Positions 21,400 to 30,355 of a DNA stretch of 64,000 nt are shown piece after piece; position 1 is the stretch's first letter, and each line of letters opens with the position of its first letter. The notes beneath the pieces were generated by a model. The model saw nothing but the letters and a program-made list of their open reading frames with translations. It made no database searches and was not told the DNA's origin. The stretch spans positions 1-64,000 of IMG/VR virus record IMGVR_UViG_3300045421_000501; one strand, given 5' to 3'. The DNA comes from a virus. Made by a program: the position numbers and the translations under genes.

Positions 21400-22288
21400 A
21401 AGTCCATTAAGATATCCTGGAGGAAAAACCAGGGCAGTTGCAAAAATGCAACAGTATTTTCCTGATTTTCGAAATTACGATGAATTTCGTGAACCATTTG
21501 TTGGCGGAGGTTCTGTCGCTATTTACGTCACGCAACTATATCCTTATCTAAGTATTTGGGTAAATGATCTTTATGAACCTCTTACCAATTTTTGGAAAAC
21601 ACTTCAAAGTGATGGTAAGAAAATGGAAGAGGAGATTTCTCGAATTAAAAAACACTACAACACTCCAGATCGAGCAAAAATTGTTTTTCTTGAATCTAAG
21701 GAATGTCTAAATCACAAAAAATCAACTGATTTTGATCGAGCAATATCTTTTTATATTGTAAATAAATGTTCCTTTAGCGGTCTCACTGAAGCATCTAGTT
21801 TTTCTGCACAAGCATCAGATCATAACTTTACCGAAAGAAATATTGGATTTCTTTCTGAGTATTCTGAAATAATTCAAAATTGGAGAATTACAAATTTTCC
21901 TTATGAAAATATAATTTCAGATTGCTATGGTGGTGCTTTTGTTTATATGGATCCTCCCTATGACATTAAGGATAATCTTTATGGAAAAAAGGGAGAACTT
22001 CATAAATCTTTTGATCACGATAAGTTTGCTGAAGTATGCAATATAACTAATATGAACATGATGGTTAGTTATAATTCAGATCAACTTGTAACAAATCGTT
22101 TTGTGGGAAATCAATGGAAAGCATATGAATATGATCACACATATACAATGAGATCTGTTGGTGATTATATGAGCGATCAGAAAGAAAGAAAAGAACTTTT
22201 ATTATTGAACTATGACTTACGAATTGAAGGACTGGTTGAATTCAATCAATCAGACAAAAATCAATATAATGAACACAAACCAGGATAG
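21386..22288 (+). CDS. dam: DNA adenine methyltransferase (Dam-like, D12 class)
   Basis: SPLRYPGGK, EPFVGGGS, DPPY. Confidence 0.9.
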   Translation: MSKLKSPLRYPGGKTRAVAKMQQYFPDFRNYDEFREPFVGGGSVAIYVTQLYPYLSIWVNDLYEPLTNFWKTLQSDGKKMEEEISRIKKHYNTPDRAKIVFLESKECLNHKKSTDFDRAISFYIVNKCSFSGLTEASSFSAQASDHNFTERNIGFLSEYSEIIQNWRITNFPYENIISDCYGGAFVYMDPPYDIKDNLYGKKGELHKSFDHDKFAEVCNITNMNMMVSYNSDQLVTNRFVGNQWKAYEYDHTYTMRSVGDYMSDQKERKELLLLNYDLRIEGLVEFNQSDKNQYNEHKPG

Positions 22289-22598
22289 TGTCCATGATTA
22301 TGTACCTTATGTAATTAATAGATGTTTATCTGGACATATTGATGCAATTATGTTTGTGAATGAAATGAATATGAATCATCATTTGGATAAAAAACTTCAA
22401 TATGATTTTTTGCTAAATATCTTGAGGAAGAAGAAAAGATATTCTCCTTGGATAAAAAAGGAAGAAATTAAAAATTTGGAATCTGTAAAATCCTATTATG
22501 GATATAATACAGATAAAGCAAAACAAGCTCTTTCTTTGCTAACAAAATCTCAAATAAACTACATAAAAACAAAACTTGATACTGGAGGAATAAAATGA
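22212..22598 (+). CDS. gp62: Clamp loader small subunit
   Basis: LKDWLNSIN, PYVINRCLS, LQYDFL; precedes regA. Confidence 0.92.
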   Translation: MTYELKDWLNSINQTKINIMNTNQDSVHDYVPYVINRCLSGHIDAIMFVNEMNMNHHLDKKLQYDFLLNILRKKKRYSPWIKKEEIKNLESVKSYYGYNTDKAKQALSLLTKSQINYIKTKLDTGGIK

Positions 22599-23029
22599 GT
22601 ATCGTTCATGAGCCAGAAGTGAATTGGAGTGCTGATAAAATGGTTGAGGTAATTCTTGCCGAACCAGATGATTTTTTAAAGGTAAGAGAAACGCTTACAA
22701 GAATTGGAGTATCTTCTAGAAAAGAAAAAAAGTTATATCAATCTTGCCACATTTTGCATAAGCAAGGAAAATATTACATTGTTCATTTCAAAGAATTATT
22801 TGCTTTAGATGGTAAAAAAGCAAATCTAACTGTAAATGATGTTCAACGTAGAAATAGAATTACTCAGTTACTTGCTGATTGGGGACTAATTACTGTAATT
22901 AATGTAAATTTAATTACTGATATTGCACCTCTAAATCAAATTAAAGTCATTTCATATAAAGAAAAAGGTGAATGGATTTTAGAAACAAAGTATAATATTG
23001 GTAAAAAGAAAGTAGAAGAATCCGAATAA
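22595..23029 (+). CDS. regA: Translational repressor
   Basis: DDFLKVRETLTRIG, LYQSCHILHKQGKYYIVHFKELF. Confidence 0.97.
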   Translation: MSIVHEPEVNWSADKMVEVILAEPDDFLKVRETLTRIGVSSRKEKKLYQSCHILHKQGKYYIVHFKELFALDGKKANLTVNDVQRRNRITQLLADWGLITVINVNLITDIAPLNQIKVISYKEKGEWILETKYNIGKKKVEESE

Positions 23030-23140
23030 AAACTTCGGAAAACAGTATTTCAATTTTTTGAAGATCTTGTATAATTAATATGTCGCCTTTATTTCAGGGG
23101 ACATATCTTAATAAATCAAGACGCTCAAGGAGGTCGTATC

Positions 23141-23581
23141 ATGTTTAATAGTAAGTCTTCAATTACATTGTCGGTTCCAGAAACTGCAAAATATCTGGAA
23201 AAAATTCGAAAAAATACAATAGGTATTGATGACATTTTTAATCAAATTGAACAATCCTTTGGATACAATACAAATTATCCATTGTATAATTTGGTAAAAG
23301 AAAATGAAACAAATTATAGGCTTGAAATTGCTCTTGCCGGATTTAAACGTGATGAAATTTCTGTATACACAGAAATAAATAAATTAGTCGTTGAATCTAA
23401 AAGTCAGAATGCAAACACTGAAGAATATATTCATAAAGGTGTTGCAACAAGATCATTTTCAAAAACTTGGACAATTTCTGAGGATATTCAAGTTTCTAAA
23501 GTTATTTTTGAGGATGGGTTATTGACAGTTAATTTAAATAAAATAATTCCAGAATCTCATATGAGAAAAGACTGGATGTAA
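23141..23581 (+). CDS. hsp20: Small heat-shock protein
   Basis: NYPLYNL, LEIALAGF, YIHKGVATRSF, FEDGLL alpha-crystallin domain. Confidence 0.93.
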   Translation: MFNSKSSITLSVPETAKYLEKIRKNTIGIDDIFNQIEQSFGYNTNYPLYNLVKENETNYRLEIALAGFKRDEISVYTEINKLVVESKSQNANTEEYIHKGVATRSFSKTWTISEDIQVSKVIFEDGLLTVNLNKIIPESHMRKDWM

Positions 23582-23636
23582 TTTTTTGGATGGGGAGGGT
23601 AAAACCTCCCCTAAATATTATGAGGGATATTTGATA

Positions 23637-24386
23637 ATGTTGTATCTAAAAATAAAACATCACCTTTCAGCTAAAGACTATAGAAAACAAATTGATGAAA
23701 GTCTAAGTTTGAAATTTAGAGAAAATTTAAATTATATTTTTTGGAATAAAAATGTTCTAAAAAGTCAAATTCGACGAGCTCTTTTAAAGTTTGGAAACGC
23801 ATTTGCAGAATATGTTGGAATTGATACTCGAATCATAAAAGATATCTTACTTTTGGGTGGCAATGCTGGGTATAATTATACAAGTTATTCTGATTTAGAT
23901 GTCCATTTAGTCGTTGATCCAAACGATCTTCCTCAATGCAATTCTGAATTATTGCAAGATTATTTTAAAGATAAAAAAACTCTTTGGTCTTTAACTCATA
24001 ATGTAAAAATATATGGATCTGATGTTGAACCATATATTGAGCAACCTGGAATAATTCGAAAAAAAAGTCAAGGAGTTTATAGTTTAGTTAAAAATAAATG
24101 GATTCAAGAACCAGAAAAGTTTGAGGGTGATCTTGATGAACGAGAACTAGAAAAAAAAGTTAAAAATATGAAAGATCGTATTGATACTTTGATTTTAGGA
24201 AATAATGAAATTGGACTTAAAAATTTATTAAAAAAATTAAAAAATTCAAGAAAATCTTCAATCGATAAGTATGGAGAATATGGATTTGAAAATTTAGTAT
24301 TCAAAGAACTTAGAAATATTGGATACCTTGACAAAGTACGTAGGGCAGTGATAGAATTGAAGAACAAAAAACTATCTCTACCATGA
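23637..24386 (+). CDS. Pol-beta-superfamily nucleotidyltransferase-like protein
   Basis: LGGNAGYNYTSYSDLDVH (G-G/S...DxD), DVEPY third acid, GEYGFENLVFKELR; start uncertain. Confidence 0.7.
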   Translation: MLYLKIKHHLSAKDYRKQIDESLSLKFRENLNYIFWNKNVLKSQIRRALLKFGNAFAEYVGIDTRIIKDILLLGGNAGYNYTSYSDLDVHLVVDPNDLPQCNSELLQDYFKDKKTLWSLTHNVKIYGSDVEPYIEQPGIIRKKSQGVYSLVKNKWIQEPEKFEGDLDERELEKKVKNMKDRIDTLILGNNEIGLKNLLKKLKNSRKSSIDKYGEYGFENLVFKELRNIGYLDKVRRAVIELKNKKLSLP

Positions 24387-24646
24387 CTAAAGTTTTAATG
24401 CTAAAAACAGGAATTGTTTTAATTTCTAAAATTGATGAGCTTTCGTCTGAACTTGGAGAACCAGATTGTATGTTGAAGCAACCTTTTGAAATGATTATGA
24501 ATTCAATGACAGAAGAATATAATCTAAGACCTTGGCCTAGTTTTAGTAGACAGCAGGAAATAATGATTCATTCAGATAGCATACTTACTATAGTTGATCC
24601 AGAAGCTGAATATCTTGAAAAGTATCAAAAATTGATTTCTGAATGA
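24383..24646 (+). CDS. Conserved hypothetical protein upstream of gp43
   Basis: ELGEPDCMLKQPF, IHSDSILTIVDP. Confidence 0.7.
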   Translation: MTKVLMLKTGIVLISKIDELSSELGEPDCMLKQPFEMIMNSMTEEYNLRPWPSFSRQQEIMIHSDSILTIVDPEAEYLEKYQKLISE

Positions 24647-25914
24647 GATATTATACTAATGTTCAAATGGTGGGCAATGAATTTCTTGTCCGTGGATTTG
24701 ATCAAAATAAATCTTTTATTTTGAGAGAAACTTGGCAACCCACACTATTTGTTCCAAGCAATAAAAAAACAAAATATAAAACTCTAGATGATAAATGCGT
24801 TCAAGATATTCAACCAGGATCAGTTCGAGATTGTAGGGAATTTATTCGAAAGCATGAAGGAGTAGACGGATTTCAAATATATGGAAATACTAGGTATATC
24901 TATCAATATATTTCAGAAAAATATCCAGAAGATCATATTGAATTTGATCTAAAAAAACTAAAATTAATAACTTTAGATATTGAGGTTGCCGCAGAAAATG
25001 GATTTCCAACTGTTGCAAATTGTGATGAAGAAGTCTTATGTGTTACGTTGCAAAATTTTTCAAATAAGAAAATACTAACTTTTGGACGAGGAAAATTTAA
25101 TAATAAAAATTCGGATATTCAGTATGTTGAATGTACTGATGAGTATGATTTACTAACTAAATTTAGTGCATATTGGGAAGAAAATCCTCCGGAAGTGGTT
25201 ACTGGATGGAACTGCGAATTATATGATATTCCATATCTTGCAACTAGAATTGGTAAAATTCTTGGAGAAAAAAGATTGAAAAAACTTTCACCATGGAGTT
25301 TGGTGACTAGTGAAGAAGTTTTTATTTCGGGAAGAGGTCATCTTACATATGATATTGGTGGAATTACCGTACTTGATTATTTGGACTTATATAAAAAATT
25401 TACATATAAAACTCAACAATCATATCGCCTTGATTATATTGCCGAAGTTGAATTAGGATCTAAAAAACTAGATCATAGTGAGCATGAAACCTTTCGAGAA
25501 TTTTATACAAATGATTGGCAAAAGTTTGTTGAATATAATATTCAAGACGTTAAACTTGTTGATGGATTGGAAGAAAAACTTAGGTTAATCGAACTCGCAG
25601 TTACGATGGCATTTGATGCGAAAGTAAATTTTAATGATGTATTTTATCAGGTTCGAATGTGGGATGCCATTATTTATAATTATTTAAAGAAAAGAAATAT
25701 TGTTATTCCACCAAAGAAAAATGTTGAAAAAAGTGAAAAATATGCTGGTGCTTATGTAAAGGAACCTATTCCTGGAATGTATGATTACGTGGTAAGTTTT
25801 GATTTGAATTCACTTTATCCACATTTGATTATGCAATACGCAATTTCCCCAGAAACACTTGTTGAAAAAGATGAACTCAATAAAAGAATTGCTGAACTTG
25901 AAAGTATGCTATAA
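24643..25914 (+). CDS. gp43: DNA polymerase B, N-terminal part (N-domain, 3'-5' exonuclease, motif A)
   Basis: LDIEV ExoI, TGWN..YDIPY ExoII, YNIQDV ExoIII, SFDLNSLYP motif A; ends ISPETL plus 17 extra residues and a stop. Confidence 0.93.
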   Translation: MRYYTNVQMVGNEFLVRGFDQNKSFILRETWQPTLFVPSNKKTKYKTLDDKCVQDIQPGSVRDCREFIRKHEGVDGFQIYGNTRYIYQYISEKYPEDHIEFDLKKLKLITLDIEVAAENGFPTVANCDEEVLCVTLQNFSNKKILTFGRGKFNNKNSDIQYVECTDEYDLLTKFSAYWEENPPEVVTGWNCELYDIPYLATRIGKILGEKRLKKLSPWSLVTSEEVFISGRGHLTYDIGGITVLDYLDLYKKFTYKTQQSYRLDYIAEVELGSKKLDHSEHETFREFYTNDWQKFVEYNIQDVKLVDGLEEKLRLIELAVTMAFDAKVNFNDVFYQVRMWDAIIYNYLKKRNIVIPPKKNVEKSEKYAGAYVKEPIPGMYDYVVSFDLNSLYPHLIMQYAISPETLVEKDELNKRIAELESML

Positions 25915-25922
25915 TATAAATA
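25915..25922 (+). promoter_or_regulatory. Late promoter TATAAATA inside the gp43 split
   Basis: Exact consensus immediately after the stop of the N-terminal half. Confidence 0.65.
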
Positions 25923-26030
25923 AGCGAGCACTATAATTGTAGTGAGATTTTGATAAAGCAAAGATTGAAAGAGTTTGGTATTAAAAAAATTAAAATTATA
26001 GAGAATTCAAATGTGGAAAGATGTTCGTAA
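25920..26030 (+). pseudogene. Probable C-terminal relic of a deleted homing endonuclease
   Basis: ATG-less frame ISEHYNCSEILIKQRLKEFGIKKIKIIENSNVERCS* resembles an HTH DNA-binding tail. Confidence 0.45.
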
Positions 26031-27357
26031 AATGACTCGTGAGGAAATTGTAGAAGAACTTGAGGTACTTAAACAGGTAAGAGAACTTTCCGTAAAGGTG
26101 AATGTAGATAAACTTCTCAAACAAGAGTTGGATTTGGAACCTTTGCAAAAGGTAAATCTCACTATGACTGCGAATGGAGCACTCTATCATAGGGTGAAAG
26201 GTATGCTTCCAGAGATCATGGAAAAAATGTATAGTGATCGAGTCATTTTTAAAAAGAAAATGCTCACTGCTAAACAGCAGTATGAAAAGACTCCAACCAA
26301 AGAATTAGAAAAGGAAATTGCCAGATGTAATAATATTCAGATGGCAAAAAAAATTCAATTGAATTCTGCTTATGGTGCAATTGGAAATAATTATTTTAGA
26401 TATTATAAATTGGAAAATGCTGAAGCAATTACTCTTTCTGGGCAAGTTTCAATTCGTTGGATTGAAAATAAGATGAATCTTTATATTAATAAAATTTTAA
26501 AAACCGATAATAATGATTATGTTATTGCTGCAGATACTGATTCCATTTATATTAATATGGGTCCTTTGGTTGAAAGTGTATTCAAGGGAAGAGAGAAAAC
26601 TACTGAAGTCATTGTCAAATTCCTTGATAAGATCTGTGAAGTGGAACTTGAAAAATATATTGAAAGTTCTTACCAAGAATTGGCAGATTATGTAAATGCA
26701 TATGCTCAAAAAATGCAAATGAAACGTGAAAATATTGCTGAACGTGGAATTTGGACTGGGAAAAAAAGATATGCATTAAATGTATGGGACTCTGAAGGTG
26801 TTCGTTATACTCAACCCAAACTTAAGATTATGGGAATTGAAGCTGTAAAATCTTCAACACCAGCACCAGTTCGAAGTAAAATTAAAGAATCTTTGGCAAT
26901 TATTCTAACAAAGACGGAAGATGATTTGATTGATTTTATTGAGAATTCAAAAAAACAATTTTGGAAATTGAGTCCGAGTGATATTTCTTTTCCTAGAAGT
27001 TGTAACAATATTGAAAAATATAAGAATTCAAATTCAATTTACCAAAAAGGAACCCCGATGCATGTAAGGGGTGCATTACTTTATAATTATTATATAAAAA
27101 AATTCAATTTGAGTAATAAATATAATGTTATCAATAATGGCGAAAAAATTAAATATTGTTATCTTAAAAAACCAAATCCAATTAACGAAAATGTAATTTC
27201 TTTTATTTCTGAATTTCCAAAAGAACTCGGATTAGAAAAGTATATTGATTATAATATGCAATTTGAAAAAGCATTTTTAGAACCGATCACAAGCATCCTA
27301 GATAAAATTGGGTGGGCAGCAGAAAAAACTTCAACGCTTGAATCATTTTTTATATGA
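26011..27357 (+). CDS. gp43: DNA polymerase B, C-terminal part (fingers, palm, thumb)
   Basis: KKIQLNSAYG motif B, ADTDS motif C, KKRYAL, C-terminal clamp-binding TLESFF. Confidence 0.93.
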   Translation: MWKDVRKMTREEIVEELEVLKQVRELSVKVNVDKLLKQELDLEPLQKVNLTMTANGALYHRVKGMLPEIMEKMYSDRVIFKKKMLTAKQQYEKTPTKELEKEIARCNNIQMAKKIQLNSAYGAIGNNYFRYYKLENAEAITLSGQVSIRWIENKMNLYINKILKTDNNDYVIAADTDSIYINMGPLVESVFKGREKTTEVIVKFLDKICEVELEKYIESSYQELADYVNAYAQKMQMKRENIAERGIWTGKKRYALNVWDSEGVRYTQPKLKIMGIEAVKSSTPAPVRSKIKESLAIILTKTEDDLIDFIENSKKQFWKLSPSDISFPRSCNNIEKYKNSNSIYQKGTPMHVRGALLYNYYIKKFNLSNKYNVINNGEKIKYCYLKKPNPINENVISFISEFPKELGLEKYIDYNMQFEKAFLEPITSILDKIGWAAEKTSTLESFFI

Positions 27358-27389
27358 TTGTGCCATAATACTAATCTACAATACATTTT

Positions 27390-27554
27390 ATGGACGTTCC
27401 AATTAATAGTAAAGAACTCGAAACAATTATCAATGCGTTATCTTTGGGTGGCGATGCTTCTTTATATCACAAGTTAAAATTATTTAAGGAATTGATAGAG
27501 CAAGGATTACCTGCTAAAAAAATTCTAAGAGAACAATACGGGATTGAAGCATGA
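27390..27554 (+). CDS. Small hypothetical protein (54 aa, below the ORF-track cutoff)
   Basis: MDVPINSKELETIINALSLGGDASLYHKL...; stop overlaps the uvsX start (ATGA). Confidence 0.65.
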   Translation: MDVPINSKELETIINALSLGGDASLYHKLKLFKELIEQGLPAKKILREQYGIEA

Positions 27555-28597
27555 TGGACTTTATTAAAGATATAGTTAAAGAAATTGGAGATGAATATAC
27601 TTCGTTAGCATCTGAAATTGATGAATCTGAAGAATATATTGATACAGGTTCTTATATTTTCAATGCACTTTGCAGTGGAAGTATTTTTGGTGGAATTTCA
27701 AATAAAAGAATTACTGCAATAGCTGGAGAAAGTTCTACTGGAAAAACTTTTTTTAGTTTATCTGTAGTCAAGCATTTTCTGACTACAAATGAAGATGCTT
27801 ATGTATTATATTTTGATACAGAATCTGCAATTACTAAAAAATTACTATCCGAAAAAGGAATTCCATTGGATCGAATAGTAGTTATAAATGTTGTTACCGT
27901 AGAAGATTTTCGTGCAAAAACACTGAAAGCCGTTGATATTTATTTGAAGAAAAAAGAATCTGATAGAAAACCTTGTTTATTTGTATTGGATTCTTTGGGA
28001 ATGCTCTCTACAAATAAAGAAATTGAAGATACACTAGCGGAAAAGACAACAAGAGACATGACTAAAGCATCTTTGATCAAGGGTGCTTTTAGAATGCTTA
28101 CTTTGAAACTTGGTCAAGCAAAAATTCCAATGATAGTAACTAATCATGTTTATCAAGAAGTTGGTGCATATGTTCCGACAAAAACCATGGGAGGTGGTTC
28201 TGGTCTCAAGTATGCTGCCAGTACTATTATTAGTCTCTCAAAAAGTAAGGAAAAGGAGGGAACAGAAGTTATCGGAAACATTATCAAGGCTAAGACTGAT
28301 AAATCGCGTCTAACTAAAGAACAAAAATCTGTTCAAATTCGTTTATTTTATGATGAAAGAGGTCTTGATCGATATTATGGATTGATTGAAATTGCCGAAA
28401 AGTATAATATTTTTAAAAAAATAGGAACTCGCTATGATGTAGATGGTACAATGGTATTTGAAAAATCAATCTACAAAAATCCCGAAAAATATTTCACTGA
28501 AGATATTTTGAATAAAATTGACGAATTTGCAAAATTGGAGTTTGGTTATGGAAGAAAAGATACCACTGACAGTTCTGAGAAATCTTCTGACGAATGA
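27551..28597 (+). CDS. uvsX: RecA-like recombinase
   Basis: AGESSTGKT, LDSLGML, MGGGSGLKYAAS. Confidence 0.96.
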   Translation: MMDFIKDIVKEIGDEYTSLASEIDESEEYIDTGSYIFNALCSGSIFGGISNKRITAIAGESSTGKTFFSLSVVKHFLTTNEDAYVLYFDTESAITKKLLSEKGIPLDRIVVINVVTVEDFRAKTLKAVDIYLKKKESDRKPCLFVLDSLGMLSTNKEIEDTLAEKTTRDMTKASLIKGAFRMLTLKLGQAKIPMIVTNHVYQEVGAYVPTKTMGGGSGLKYAASTIISLSKSKEKEGTEVIGNIIKAKTDKSRLTKEQKSVQIRLFYDERGLDRYYGLIEIAEKYNIFKKIGTRYDVDGTMVFEKSIYKNPEKYFTEDILNKIDEFAKLEFGYGRKDTTDSSEKSSDE

Positions 28598-29924
28598 AAA
28601 ATATGCAAGAAAGGTAATTCCCTTCTTAGAACCAACATATTTTGAGGATCGTTCCTACAAAATTATATTTGAAGAAATTACATCATTTATTGTTGCATAT
28701 GAACAACTTCCTTCTAAAGAAGTTTTATATATTGAAACTGAAAAAAGAAAAGATATTAGTGAAAATGAATATAAAGAAATCAATAATCTAATTAAAAATT
28801 TAGATGAAAAGGATGTTGACTATGATTGGTTAGTAGATACTACCGAAGGTTGGTGTAAAGAACGTGCCATATATTTGGCATTGATGCAAAGCATTAAGAT
28901 TGCAGATGGGCAGGATGAAAAGAAAAGTCCAGATGCAATTCCAAAAATTTTATCGGATGCTTTGAGTGTTAGTTTTGATAGTCATATTGGACATGATTAT
29001 ATTGATGATTTCGAAAAGAGATATGACTTTTATCATCAGAAAGAAACTAAAATTTCTTTTGATCTGGAATACTTTAATAAAATCACTTCTGGTGGAATTT
29101 CAAATAAAACTTTGAATATTGCACTTGCTGGTACTGGAGTTGGAAAATCTTTATTCATGTGCCATTTTGCATCCAGCATTTTATTATCTGGTAAAAATGT
29201 TTTGTATATTACCTTGGAAATGTCTGAGGAAAAAATTGCTGAACGTATTGATGCAAATCTTTTGAATGTAAATATACGAGAAATTGTAGATCTTCCAAAA
29301 CCAATTTTTCAAAGAAAAATTGATTCTTTGATTGCAAAGACTCAAGGTAAACTAATTATTAAAGAATATCCAACTGCATCTGCACATGTGGGACATTTTA
29401 GAGGACTTCTAAATGAACTCAATCTTAAAAAATCATTTCGACCTGATATTATTTTCATTGACTACCTTAATATTTGTTCTTCCAGCAGATATCGGAGCAC
29501 TGTCAATGTCAATTCATATTCATATATTAAGGCAATTGCAGAAGAATTGCGAGGATTGGCTGTTGAATTCGATGTTCCAATTTTTTCTGCTACTCAGACT
29601 ACTCGTTCAGGTTTTGGCAACTCTGATCCTAATCTTACTGATACTTCTGAATCCTTTGGTCTCCCTGCTACTGCTGATCTTATGTTTGCCCTTATTAGCA
29701 CAGAAGAGCTAGAACAACTTGGGCAGATTATGGTAAAGCAACTGAAAAATAGATATAATGATCCAACTGTAAATAAAAGATTTGTAGTAGGAATTGATAG
29801 AGCAAAAATGAGACTTTATGATTGTGAACAAACTGCTCAGAATGATATTCTTGACAAAGGTGATGAAGAGGAGTATAATTATATCGAAGACAAAAAATTA
29901 AAATACCAAGGATTTAAATTCTAA
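28548..29924 (+). CDS. gp41: Replicative DNA helicase
   Basis: LAGTGVGKS, ITLEM, IDYLN, SESFGLPATAD, KQLKNRY; ATG 28548. Confidence 0.96.
   Translation: MEEKIPLTVLRNLLTNEKYARKVIPFLEPTYFEDRSYKIIFEEITSFIVAYEQLPSKEVLYIETEKRKDISENEYKEINNLIKNLDEKDVDYDWLVDTTEGWCKERAIYLALMQSIKIADGQDEKKSPDAIPKILSDALSVSFDSHIGHDYIDDFEKRYDFYHQKETKISFDLEYFNKITSGGISNKTLNIALAGTGVGKSLFMCHFASSILLSGKNVLYITLEMSEEKIAERIDANLLNVNIREIVDLPKPIFQRKIDSLIAKTQGKLIIKEYPTASAHVGHFRGLLNELNLKKSFRPDIIFIDYLNICSSSRYRSTVNVNSYSYIKAIAEELRGLAVEFDVPIFSATQTTRSGFGNSDPNLTDTSESFGLPATADLMFALISTEELEQLGQIMVKQLKNRYNDPTVNKRFVVGIDRAKMRLYDCEQTAQNDILDKGDEEEYNYIEDKKLKYQGFKF
29851..29879 (+). promoter_or_regulatory. Sigma70-like promoter in the gp41 3' end, upstream of mazG
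   Basis: TTGACA-N17-TATAAT. Confidence 0.7.
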
Positions 29925-30326
29925 ATGTCACACTTTGAACTTTACAAAACTTTTGTGGATGAAGTCACTAGTAGTTCATCCAAGGATCATGTTTCATTTA
30001 CTCAACGATTAAATGGACTTTATTCTCAAGGATGCCCAATTGAACGATTGCTTACAGCATCTGTAGGAATGAGTGCAGAATCTGGAGAATTTATGGAAAT
30101 TGTTAAAAAAATTATTTTTCAAGGAAAACCTTGGGAAGAATCAAATATTGAACATTTAAAAATTGAACTTGGTGATATTCTTTGGTATGTTGCTCAGGCA
30201 TGTATTTCATTAGATATTACTATGGAGGAACTTTTGGATATGAATATTAAAAAGTTATCAAAAAGATATCCAGATGGAGCTTTCGATTCTTATTATTCTG
30301 AAAATAGAAGAGCAGACGATCTATAA
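29925..30326 (+). CDS. mazG: MazG-like NTP pyrophosphohydrolase
   Basis: AESGEFMEIVKK, ELGDILWY, NIKKLSKRYP. Confidence 0.93.
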   Translation: MSHFELYKTFVDEVTSSSSKDHVSFTQRLNGLYSQGCPIERLLTASVGMSAESGEFMEIVKKIIFQGKPWEESNIEHLKIELGDILWYVAQACISLDITMEELLDMNIKKLSKRYPDGAFDSYYSENRRADDL

Positions 30327-30355
30327 AATAAATACCTCCATAAGGAGGTTTTTTT
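30327..30355 (+). terminator. Terminator/RBS-sequestering hairpin overlapped by a late-promoter-like AATAAATA
   Basis: ACCTCC-ATAA-GGAGGT followed by a T run; GGAGG is the RBS of the ORF at 30356. Confidence 0.7.

Noticed and set aside
22212-22288. 77-nt dam/gp62 overlap as a programmed frameshift or fusion
   Set aside because: The Dam domain is complete at ELLLLNY and gp62 has its own ATG; a simple C-terminal run-on explains the overlap.
25909-26011. Gene-60-style ribosomal bypass joining the gp43 halves
   Set aside because: The only matching CTA codon in the gap (25931) is out of frame with the second half, and that frame has a TAG at 25999-26001 just before its ATG.
25860-26100. Split intein or group I intron explaining the gp43 break
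   Set aside because: No Cys/Ser-initiated N-intein and no His-Asn/Cys junction. The 96-nt gap is too short for a group I core and lacks P7 elements.
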